DNA of 45,938 bases, the filler included, from a bacterium (GTDB lineage Bacteria; JACRDZ01; JAQUKH01): NCBI GenBank assembly GCA_028719205.1. It is 11 parts of 11 records of this genome, joined end to end, with 100 filler letters (N's around TTAATTAATTAA, not from the genome) between each part and the next. Parts side by side here need not be neighbours in the genome. Positions count along the whole stretch, not along the records: positions 37,699 to 40,523 come from JAQUKH010000066.1; positions 40,624 to 43,286 come from JAQUKH010000067.1; positions 43,387 to 45,938 come from JAQUKH010000068.1; 8 more parts are not named here. The stretch is one strand, 5' to 3'. The notes beneath the pieces were generated by a model, which was given only the letters and a program-made list of their open reading frames with translations, ran no database searches and was not told the DNA's origin. The number at the start of each line of letters is the position of its first letter. The first letter of the stretch is position 1. Shown piece after piece: positions 38,050 to 45,938 of this stretch. A program made the translations under genes and the position numbers.

Positions 38050-39186
38050 ATGAAAAATAATTCTTCCTATAAAATTAAAGTCACGAATTCCATATTGGAA
38101 ATAGACAAAAATGAATGGGACAGCATTTTTCCGCCTATCCAGGAAAGTTACAATTTCTTCAAAACAATCGATGAAAGTTTAAGCGATCAATTCACATCAT
38201 ATTATATTTCAATATATGAAGATTCGCTGCTTTCCTGCGTTGCCCCCTGTTTTATAATGGACTATCCCCTGGAAACAACCGTAGAAGGGCCGCTGAAGAA
38301 ATTAGCGGAAAAGTTAAAATTTATCGCGCCTAAATTATTGACGATACGGGTCCTGATATGCGGCTGCCAGGCAGCCGAAGGCAGAATAGGAATAAAAAAC
38401 TTAAATAATCAAGAGATACCTAAAATACTCATGAAAGAAATGTATGCCATTGCCAAGAAAGAGAACGCGCGTTTAATCGCTTTCAAAGATTTCTCGCAAG
38501 ATTACAACACATTCTTTGCCCCTCTTTTAAAAGCCGGATTTCATAAAATGCAGAGTTATCCTACAGTCGCATTAGATTTACAACATTTCCAATCCTTTGA
38601 AGAATACCTGGATTCACTAAGCAGAGTTACCAGAAAAGGGCTTAAAAAGAACCTTAAACAGGCAGAACAGGCAAATATCGAGATGGAAGTCTCAAGCGAA
38701 CTAGGAACGCTGTTAGACCAAGCCCATAAACTCTACATAAACACCTTAAACAAAAGCGAAGTACAATTCGAAAGATTGTCTAAAGAATTCTTTAAAAATA
38801 TCTCAAAAAATATGCCTGAGGAAACAAAATATTTCCTTTGGCGCATAAACGGCAGGCTCGTCGCGTTTGATTTATGCCTCGTTTCAAACGGGGTGCTGGT
38901 TGACGAATACATCGGGCTGGATTACAGTGTCGCGTATAAATACCATCTCTATTATGTGACATTCCACGATATCGTTACCTGGTGCATCCAGCATAATATC
39001 CATACATATGAAAGCGGCGCGTTAAATTACGACCCTAAAAAACGCCTGGATTTCAAATTCATACCGGAATATATATATCTAAGGCATAGAAATTATTTTA
39101 TGAATCGCCTGTTTGGTTTACTGTGTTTGTTTCTTAAACCGGAGAATTTTGATCCCGTATTAAAATCCATGAAAGCCTCAAAATGA
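38050..39186 (+). CDS. GNAT/FemAB-like acyltransferase
   Basis: FKDF, P...L.....SFEEYL.SLSR.TRK, F.WR....LVAF, DEYIGLDY, SG...YDPK..L. Confidence 0.8.
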   Translation: MKNNSSYKIKVTNSILEIDKNEWDSIFPPIQESYNFFKTIDESLSDQFTSYYISIYEDSLLSCVAPCFIMDYPLETTVEGPLKKLAEKLKFIAPKLLTIRVLICGCQAAEGRIGIKNLNNQEIPKILMKEMYAIAKKENARLIAFKDFSQDYNTFFAPLLKAGFHKMQSYPTVALDLQHFQSFEEYLDSLSRVTRKGLKKNLKQAEQANIEMEVSSELGTLLDQAHKLYINTLNKSEVQFERLSKEFFKNISKNMPEETKYFLWRINGRLVAFDLCLVSNGVLVDEYIGLDYSVAYKYHLYYVTFHDIVTWCIQHNIHTYESGALNYDPKKRLDFKFIPEYIYLRHRNYFMNRLFGLLCLFLKPENFDPVLKSMKASK

Positions 39187-39605
39187 AAAACATAAAAAAC
39201 AGGCTCACTTTAAAAGTTTTTTTCCTCATAATCATAACCGATGTGCTTGAATCGGTAGCAGAGTTGTTTTTTAAGAACGGCGCGACCGCGACAGGCATGA
39301 ATAACATCGGCTTGCATAACTTTCTTGAATTTACTTTCAAAATACTCTCCGTGCCGAGTTTATGGATTGGCATCCTGATTTACGCCGTTAACTTTTTTGT
39401 ATGGATGATCATATTATCGCGGATTGAGCTCAGCGTCGCCTTTCCTATCGGCAGCACGACATACATAATCGTGCCTATATTATCGATAATGTTCCTGCAC
39501 GAAAAAGTATTCTTATTAAGATGGGTTGGAATTTTATTAATAATCATCGGAGTGTACTTTATCTCTAAATCAACCGAAAACGAACCCCACAAAGATGAAC
39601 CTTAA
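39183..39605 (+). CDS. EamA/SMR-like small membrane transporter (ArnE/F-like)
   Basis: Four TMs, W...LSR.ELS.AFP, FLHE....RW.G. Confidence 0.85.
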   Translation: MKNIKNRLTLKVFFLIIITDVLESVAELFFKNGATATGMNNIGLHNFLEFTFKILSVPSLWIGILIYAVNFFVWMIILSRIELSVAFPIGSTTYIIVPILSIMFLHEKVFLLRWVGILLIIIGVYFISKSTENEPHKDEP

Positions 39606-39969
39606 AATATTTTTACTCATATTATTGCATGAAGTTTGCTCGACCGCAGAGCAAATATTATTTAAAAAAGGCGCCGATAACTTCAAACAACACAGGTTCA
39701 GGCATTTTAAAGACTTCTTTTTATTCCTTAAAAAATTATTAAAAACTCCCATTATCTGGTTTGCGTTTATACTGACCGGCGCGTCATGGCTAATCTGGTT
39801 TGTAGTCCTTGCAGGCACAGACTTAAGCATCGCGATCCCCGTAGACAGCTTACAATACGTGATGATCCTTATTGCCTCATTTATATTTCTGGGGGAACGT
39901 ATGAATTGGAAGCGGGTTGTTGGAACTATATTTATACTTTTGGGGGTATTGCTTGTAGCAAAAAGTTAA
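39595..39969 (+). CDS. EamA/SMR-like small membrane transporter (ArnE/F-like)
   Basis: Four TMs, Q..FKKG, DLS.A.P, FLGE....R..G. Confidence 0.85.
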   Translation: MNLKIFLLILLHEVCSTAEQILFKKGADNFKQHRFRHFKDFFLFLKKLLKTPIIWFAFILTGASWLIWFVVLAGTDLSIAIPVDSLQYVMILIASFIFLGERMNWKRVVGTIFILLGVLLVAKS

Positions 39970-39988
39970 GTGCTTTTTAGAAAAATAA

Positions 39989-40523
39989 TTATTTTTGCAA
40001 AAACAGCTCTAAGATCTTCATATTAGTCTGCTCGTTTATTGAGGAAATCCAGGGATCGGGTTTGTTTCTTGCGCTGTAATCGCGCGGGTGGTCAAGGCGG
40101 GAAAATAAAGTTTTGATTTTTCCTTTCACTTCCGGGGGAGAGTATTCTCCGGTTATATCCATACCAATAACATCCAGATTATCTCTTATTAGCTTTAACA
40201 AAATCAAAAGTTCATTTAATTCAAAACAACCTTCCTCCCAATTTGTCACTGAATATGCTGACTTTAAACAATCTTTGTCTACACTGACATAAACCTTTTT
40301 TGTTTTCAATCTATCTAATAAAGCGTAAAAAAAAGCCGTTAAATCCTTATTCTTTAATTCCTGCCAGTGTATTTTATTCAGGCCCCATCCCCTGTCTACG
40401 CTTATAGATACATTGTCCGGAACACGTTTAAATAAAGTCAGGGTTGGTTTATGCGCGTAGGGATATATTTCCACCCGGTCAGATTCTAAAGAATTCAGGT
40501 TACCCGTCTGGACCCAGAAACTC
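39989..40523 (-). CDS. Arginase/ureohydrolase-fold protein, 5'-truncated
   Basis: VYVSVDKDCL, TNWEEG, IGMDITGE; frame open to the contig edge. Confidence 0.75.
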
Positions 40524-40623
40524 NNNNNNNNNNNNNNNNNNNNNNNNNNNNNNNNNNNNNNNNNNNNTTAATTAATTAANNNNNNNNNNNNNNNNNNNNN
40601 NNNNNNNNNNNNNNNNNNNNNNN
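40524..40623. other. Artificial contig linker
   Basis: N44-TTAATTAATTAA-N44. Confidence 0.99.
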
Positions 40624-40841
40624 TCTTGGGAGAAGACAGTGATTATGCGCAAAGAGCGGCAAAAGCCGGTAAGTTCAGGATGTTAAAAAGCATTAAAATC
40701 CAAGTATCTCCCCGCCGCTTTAAAAAAGAAGGATACTTAAAAGTGGCTTTCCAGGCTATCGGCACCGGTCTTCATTGGGCAGTTTTGGGCAAGGATCGAA
40801 AGAATCGGTTTAACTATGATTTTGATATCTATAATAAATAG
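40624..40841 (+). CDS. GT2-family glycosyltransferase, C-terminal fragment
   Basis: GED.DY..RA...GKF, V.S.RRF..EG. Confidence 0.75.
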
Positions 40842-40929
40842 CATCAAAAGTATCATTTGATTCGTTTAATTTTACAGATCAGTATAATTGTGGTATACTT
40901 AATTAAATTTACACTTTAATATATTATTT

Positions 40930-42411
40930 ATGCTCAAAAAATATTTATTGGTAATATTAGTTGCGATTGGGATAGTATCCGTTTTCAATGTCTCCCGGGC
41001 GGCGGTTCAGGCAAAAGAATCCCTTCCCGGTAAAGAACTTGCGAGTACTTCTACTCTTGCGTGGCAAAGCGGTGGAAATGGATATTTTACGTTGAAAGGC
41101 ATAAACAGCCAATATTTTACGGCGGTAAGCGGTTCAGCCAAGACAGAGTGTTTTCCTCAGGAGTACAGTTATATGAATTTGCCGTTCGCACTCAATAAAT
41201 ATAAGAAAAATAGTACCAATATTTCAAGAATGGATCTGACTTTTGATAAAAAAGTAGAGGTGGAAAATTCATTGGATCTCAAGGCAGCGGAAATTTATTT
41301 GCTTGTTAGCGGAAACATTGGCAATGTTTATCCGGAAACCGATAATTATGTTTATTCCACGGATATAAATTTAGTCTTTAAATATAGTGACGGGTCGGAA
41401 TCTAAAAACTCAGCAGAGATAGATTGGAACTGGAGCGAGGGTACGAATTTAAGGGGTATAAACTACGAAAGAACTTATATTGGGCAAAATCCTTGCTATG
41501 ACAGAGGCGCTTTGTATATGATAAAGTTCACCAATCCTCATCCGAATAAGGAGGTTAAAAGCTTTGTTGTTGATGATGGTTTCACCTCAGATTATCCTTA
41601 TACCGATATAATGGCAGTTACCTTAAGCACCAATATAAATAATGAATATGAGGAATATTTGGAAGAGTGGGATGTAGCGATAAAATTTGATAGTGCGCAC
41701 GAAGGAGCTTTTTATCCCTTTTCCGCGATGCAAGGACAAGAGGAAAAGTTTTATTTTAAAAAATTAGACGGAACGGATGATCTTTATGAAGAACATGCAG
41801 GCAGGGAGGCTTGCGGCGGAGGAAGCGGCTGGGGAGATATTTACGAAAAAGAAGGAGCTCGCAGGGCGAAAGGATGGTATGCGGAAAGAAAAAAGATCGG
41901 TGATGATGAATACAAAATATTAATTAGGGGTGTTGCCGGTGCAGATTGTAATTATGGCGGACCGGGTTACGCAAAAGGCGAATTAGATTTGAACATTGAC
42001 AATGGCTGGGTAATAGATAAGTTGTTGAAATGCGGCGTACAGGACAGCAATAAAGGCCAGAGTACATATTGTTCGGCTTGGACTAAGAAGTTGCAGTTTG
42101 CATCGGGCAGCAATTGCGGAGGGTGCTGCGCGTGCTCGGATAGCGGCAGTCTTGATATAGAAGTGCTCGTGAAAAATAAAGGAATAAAAGGCGAGTGGCC
42201 GGGCGAACCGGTAGCTCTGCAAATTTCCGGCGCTGACCCTTCTCTTTTGGAAAAACCAGCCACAGGATCAGAAGATAAAAGTGTTTTCTCTGAAGCTGAT
42301 GAATGGTTAAAGAATATTTTTACCGGTAAAAATATTATTTTTGCTTTTCTTGCAATTATTAATTTGATGATTTTAATTATTTTTATCGTAAAAATGATCG
42401 GTAGATCTTAA
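40930..42411 (+). CDS. Hypothetical Cys-rich extracellular protein with signal peptide and C-terminal TM anchor
   Basis: Hydrophobic N- and C-termini; CGGCCACSD motif. Confidence 0.75.
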   Translation: MLKKYLLVILVAIGIVSVFNVSRAAVQAKESLPGKELASTSTLAWQSGGNGYFTLKGINSQYFTAVSGSAKTECFPQEYSYMNLPFALNKYKKNSTNISRMDLTFDKKVEVENSLDLKAAEIYLLVSGNIGNVYPETDNYVYSTDINLVFKYSDGSESKNSAEIDWNWSEGTNLRGINYERTYIGQNPCYDRGALYMIKFTNPHPNKEVKSFVVDDGFTSDYPYTDIMAVTLSTNINNEYEEYLEEWDVAIKFDSAHEGAFYPFSAMQGQEEKFYFKKLDGTDDLYEEHAGREACGGGSGWGDIYEKEGARRAKGWYAERKKIGDDEYKILIRGVAGADCNYGGPGYAKGELDLNIDNGWVIDKLLKCGVQDSNKGQSTYCSAWTKKLQFASGSNCGGCCACSDSGSLDIEVLVKNKGIKGEWPGEPVALQISGADPSLLEKPATGSEDKSVFSEADEWLKNIFTGKNIIFAFLAIINLMILIIFIVKMIGRS

Positions 42412-42415
42412 AAAT

Positions 42416-43060
42416 ATGAATATCTATTTTTCTAATTTTCTGCTAATTTTATTTATTCTTTTTTCCGCTTTGGCTTATATTATCGGTCTCATAACGATAG
42501 CTAAATTTGTTTATAATTATTATAATAATACCAATAAAAATATGACTCTAGAAAAAAGACCCAACGTATCCATGTTAAGCATATTTTTTTCAGTACTGTT
42601 AACAATAATACTGCTGTATTTTTTTTCCGCTATTTGGTCGGATTTGGAGAGAGTCGTGGCGTCTTCTTATGAAGCAAAAAACAGTTCCGGCTTAATGCAA
42701 GGAAAAACTTGGATCTTGCCCGTTGGTCCTTCTTCAAGCTTGAGCGATAGGGCGGCTAACCAGTTAAATATTCTTATTTGGCATATACTTTTTGTACTGC
42801 CGCTAGTCATAGTTTCAAATTTGTTTTATTCCGAATCAAAGAAAAAAGGATCCAAATATGATAGTTTGGTCATACCTTTTTTGGCTGCCTCATTAATAAT
42901 GTTTTTGCAATTATTGATAGAAGTCGGATCTTTCGTTGCCGGTGAATATCAAAGATTTGGATTTTATTTGATCATTATGATCCTGATGATCATTGTAGGG
43001 GGATTGGCATACTGGTATCAGGCAAAAAAAGAAGAAGAAAGCGCTGTTGCAAAACAATAA
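42416..43060 (+). CDS. Hypothetical polytopic membrane protein
   Basis: About five TM segments; starts 4 nt after the previous stop. Confidence 0.75.
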   Translation: MNIYFSNFLLILFILFSALAYIIGLITIAKFVYNYYNNTNKNMTLEKRPNVSMLSIFFSVLLTIILLYFFSAIWSDLERVVASSYEAKNSSGLMQGKTWILPVGPSSSLSDRAANQLNILIWHILFVLPLVIVSNLFYSESKKKGSKYDSLVIPFLAASLIMFLQLLIEVGSFVAGEYQRFGFYLIIMILMIIVGGLAYWYQAKKEEESAVAKQ

Positions 43061-43218
43061 TTTTAGCCTTAATAACAAAAACGCGGGGATTGGATTTCGG
43101 CCCCCACTTTTTTTATTGGTAAGAAATAAAAGGTATAAGATCAGATAGGTAAATTACGACCCTTGATTTTTTTTAAAAAACGTGCTAGGGTTGTATAAAT
43201 AACAGGAGGGTGTTATTA

Positions 43219-43286
43219 ATGAAGAACATTAACAAAATAGCATGTACAGTATTGTTTGCGGTTTATTTATTGAGCGGTTCAGCTGG
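43219..43286 (+). CDS. N-terminal signal peptide of a gene cut by the contig end
   Basis: AGGAGG RBS, then MKNINKIACTVLFAVYLLSGSA. Confidence 0.55.
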
Positions 43287-43386
43287 NNNNNNNNNNNNNN
43301 NNNNNNNNNNNNNNNNNNNNNNNNNNNNNNTTAATTAATTAANNNNNNNNNNNNNNNNNNNNNNNNNNNNNNNNNNNNNNNNNNNN
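43287..43386. other. Artificial contig linker
   Basis: N44-TTAATTAATTAA-N44. Confidence 0.99.
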
Positions 43387-43604
43387 CCCAAAGATTTTTC
43401 AATTGCTTCAAAAAAACCTTCGTAAGGAGGCATTCCCACCGAACCGGAAATGTCGGTGAGCATAGGTCCCTGAATTAGATTGACGTCGACAACATAAAGA
43501 CCTGTTAAGGATGCTTCAAGCTTACGGGCAATATAAATCCCGTATTCCAGCGCTGTAAGGCTATTGGCTGAACCATCGGTAGGAATAAGAATTTTTTTTA
43601 TCAT
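43387..43604 (-). CDS. Universal stress protein, 3'-truncated
   Basis: MIKKILIPTDGS..S..AL......A....A.L.GLYVVD; RBS AAGGAG. Confidence 0.9.
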
Positions 43605-43632
43605 GACAACTCCTTTTTAAAAAAGGACATGA

Positions 43633-44304
43633 TTATTTTTGCTTTTCTTCATAATGTTTCAAATTATTAAGTAAATTAGCTATGTCTTTATCATCCCATA
43701 AATCAGCAGCATTGGCAGCATCACCATCCTTGTCCTGAACTTCCGGAACTTCCTCTTCAAAAACAAGAAACTTCCCTATATATTTCCCTCTTTTATAGGT
43801 TGCCTTTTCTTTTACCTGACCGCTTTTGAAATATGCGCAATATTCCCCTTCTCTTTTATCGTTTTTAAAATATCCCTTTTCCTTGACCTGACCGTTTTTA
43901 TAGTAACAAGTATACTCACCTTCAAATTTGCCGTGTTTGAAATTTTCTTCTTCTTTTAATTGTCCGCTTTTGTAATAAATCTGATATTTGCCGTCGAGCC
44001 GTCCACGTTTGTAATATTCCCTCTCTCTGATATTCCCGTTCTGAAAATAAGATGTATATTCTCCATCCATCCGGCCATGCACATAATTAACTTTTTCTCT
44101 CACCTGGCCGTCATTATAATAAGTTGCTGCGGGGCCATGCTTTCTGCCGTTAGCAAAATTAATCTGCGCCAGAATTTGACCGCTCTTGTAATAGGAAGTA
44201 TATTCTCCTTCCAGTTTACCATTCTTGAAGTATTTATTTTCTCTAATAGAGCCATCGGAGAAAAACAATTTTTCTTCTTTTAAATCATTATTTGCTTTGG
44301 TCAT
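43633..44304 (-). CDS. MORN-variant repeat protein (YwqK-like)
   Basis: Six to seven 24-aa repeats of G.Y..YY.SGQ.K....Y..G; acidic C-terminal tail. Confidence 0.88.
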   Translation of the reverse strand: MTKANNDLKEEKLFFSDGSIRENKYFKNGKLEGEYTSYYKSGQILAQINFANGRKHGPAATYYNDGQVREKVNYVHGRMDGEYTSYFQNGNIREREYYKRGRLDGKYQIYYKSGQLKEEENFKHGKFEGEYTCYYKNGQVKEKGYFKNDKREGEYCAYFKSGQVKEKATYKRGKYIGKFLVFEEEVPEVQDKDGDAANAADLWDDKDIANLLNNLKHYEEKQK

Positions 44305-44427
44305 AAAAATAAATTTCTTTTAAAAAGGTTAGAATAATCCCCGGCTGAAAACTTTACTGTTAAAAAAGATATACTATTTTAAAATATTAAGACATTGCTT
44401 TTTTTAAACAATCATTTATGATAATGC

Positions 44428-44706
44428 AACTAAAATTAATGAGCCAAGCTGAACTCAGTGAAGCGTAAGGCGAACTATCCCAGGGGCGAAGCGACGTGGG
44501 GAATGAGACTCGACGAAAACGAATCCCGACAGATCGGGATGAAGTTCGAGTCGTTAGTCGAATTAATGAAACTCGTCGAAATCGAGCGAAACGAAGATTG
44601 AGAAGTAAGTTGAATTATCCCGCGTTAGCGGAGGATATCGAAAATATCCGTGGTATCCCCGAAGCATAGCGGAGGGGGATAATTTAACAGTTAAACAAAT
44701 TTAGTT
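44428..44706 (+). ncRNA. Candidate multi-branched structured RNA of unknown family
   Basis: GC/purine-rich island in AT-rich intergenic DNA with several nested stems, repeated tandem-GA internal loops and a promoter-like TTGCTT-N16-TATGAT just upstream. Confidence 0.55.
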
Positions 44707-44791
44707 TAATTTTTTTTAAAAAAAAGATATTAGAATTCTCTAATAGAGTATTTTATTAAATAGCTGTAAGTATACATAAAGAGCATAATTA

Positions 44792-45938
44792 ATGTTTAAT
44801 CCCAATTTAGATACGACAAGATTAGCTATCATCGGGCCGGGCCGGTTAGGTACATCTTTTGCGTACAAATTCGGCCGGGACAATAAACGCGTAGCCATCT
44901 ATTATCACGACGCGGAAGTCTGTAAAGCAATAAACAGAGATCACCTGAATCCTTTGCACCTGACCGAAGACCTGGCTAATCGTCTGGGCGGAATGGATAA
45001 TGTTCCCCGTCTTTCCAACAAAGTTTATGCCACAAACGATCTGGAACACATCGTTGAAAACAACGATTTTATCGTTCTGGCCATAACCATGAACAGGCTG
45101 CCGGAATTTCTCAATTACCTTAAGCCGATGATTGACAAGAAAGCCGGCGACACATGCCTTGTCTCACCAATCAAAGGTTTGATTTCCGACGAAATATCCA
45201 AAAAGCTTATAACTCCTTCGCAGTTGATTAACAATAATTTATACAACTTAAAACACAAATATCAGTTAGCCTGTATCGGAGGACCGTTTTTTGACATTGA
45301 TATAGCATTGGGTAATCCGGTTTGTTTAACCGTCGCCGGCAAGAAATATATCGCTAATGTCATTAGAGAAAACTTGCTTAAATTCAACCGCAACGAAATG
45401 AATTCATATTACAACTTTGACATTGTCGGTGTCGAAGCCTGTGGCGCTTTAAAAAATATTGTTGCCAATATAAAGGGGCTGGCCGATTCGCTTAAGCTGG
45501 GAGATTCGATTCCCGGAACCATTTTTGCCCGTTCCGGTGTGGAAATCCGTTCATTATCACGTCTTTTAGGCGGAGGATTTCAGGCTTTCCACAGCCAGGC
45601 CGGCGTCGGCGATCTGTATGTGACAGTTTCATCTCTGGCCAGTAAAAATTACCGCTACGGGAAATATTTCTATGAGCTCTATACCGGCAATCCCATCGAA
45701 ACCAATTTGCAGGTTCTGGAAAAAATTGATGGAACTCCTGAAGGCCCCAATACAGTCAGAAACGTTTATAAATATCTGGAAAAGAAAAACATGTACAGTC
45801 CTCTTTTCTCCTGCGCCTACCGCATATTTAACGAGCCCGGCAATAAAGACACCATTAAAGACATGATTATTCAAGCCTGCCAGAATGATAAACGAACAAA
45901 AGAGTATATCAGCCAGGCATCCAGAATTATGTACCGTA
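44792..45938 (+). CDS. gpsA: NAD(P)H-dependent glycerol-3-phosphate dehydrogenase family protein, runs off the window
   Basis: Not in the ORF track. My translation gives AIIGPGRLGT, IKGL, GGPFF, DIVGVEACGALKNIVA, AGVGDLYVT..S..SKNYRYG, PEGPNT. Confidence 0.88.
   Translation, partial: MFNPNLDTTRLAIIGPGRLGTSFAYKFGRDNKRVAIYYHDAEVCKAINRDHLNPLHLTEDLANRLGGMDNVPRLSNKVYATNDLEHIVENNDFIVLAITMNRLPEFLNYLKPMIDKKAGDTCLVSPIKGLISDEISKKLITPSQLINNNLYNLKHKYQLACIGGPFFDIDIALGNPVCLTVAGKKYIANVIRENLLKFNRNEMNSYYNFDIVGVEACGALKNIVANIKGLADSLKLGDSIPGTIFARSGVEIRSLSRLLGGGFQAFHSQAGVGDLYVTVSSLASKNYRYGKYFYELYTGNPIETNLQVLEKIDGTPEGPNTVRNVYKYLEKKNMYSPLFSCAYRIFNEPGNKDTIKDMIIQACQNDKRTKEYISQASRIMYR

Noticed and set aside
6492-43386. 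Recurrent TTAATTAATTAA motif between N runs, resembling a regularly spaced repeat
   Set aside because: An identical 100-nt artificial linker with six-frame stops, not biological. ORFs with X runs ending in it are truncated genes or artefacts.
43633-44304. MORN-repeat gene as part of a toxin-antitoxin or diversity-generating retroelement locus
   Set aside because: No toxin, reverse transcriptase or template/variable repeat pair is visible.
44428-44706. Structured region as tRNA, tmRNA, RNase P RNA or a self-splicing intron
   Set aside because: No cloverleaf or T-loop, no tag ORF, no GAGGAAAGUCC, no recognisable group I/II core, and it does not interrupt a gene.
44846-45874. Short ORFs listed in the track at the right end
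   Set aside because: They overlap the long gpsA frame starting at 44792, which the track missed because it has no stop in the window.

Overview
This window is not contiguous DNA. It holds 11 short contigs from a low-GC, probably metagenome-assembled bacterial genome, joined by artificial 100-nt linkers (44 N + TTAATTAATTAA + 44 N). The nine complete internal contigs run in decreasing length, so adjacency across linkers is meaningless and some contigs may be mis-binned. Contents: (1) an ABC/HlyD/TolC exporter plus a large secreted repeat protein; (2) surface-glycan genes; (3) a TPR protein, clpB and a sulfatase; (4) a contractile phage tail/baseplate module with a candidate +1 tail-chaperone frameshift; (5) ligA, an alpha/beta hydrolase, a cold-shock protein, engB and htpG; (6) hom-thrC-apgM-lysC; (7) rpsI-rplM, a stand-alone SWIB protein, an ORF6N DNA-binding gene and a LeuA-family synthase; (8) a UroD-family gene and a large hypothetical gene; (9) a DegT/GNAT/EamA-pair/arginase-like cluster; (10) a GT2 and hypothetical genes; (11) a USP, a MORN-repeat protein and gpsA. 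Two signals stand out. First, the ORF6N gene contains a 31-nt palindrome inside its coding sequence, and two variant, covarying copies lie just upstream, each translating into an alternative version of the same peptide. This is a candidate cassette-diversification or self-recognition system. Second, a ~280-nt multi-branched, GA-motif-rich structured RNA candidate lies between a promoter and gpsA. I saw no rRNA, tRNA, CRISPR array or transposase. All family assignments come from motif recognition, not database searches.
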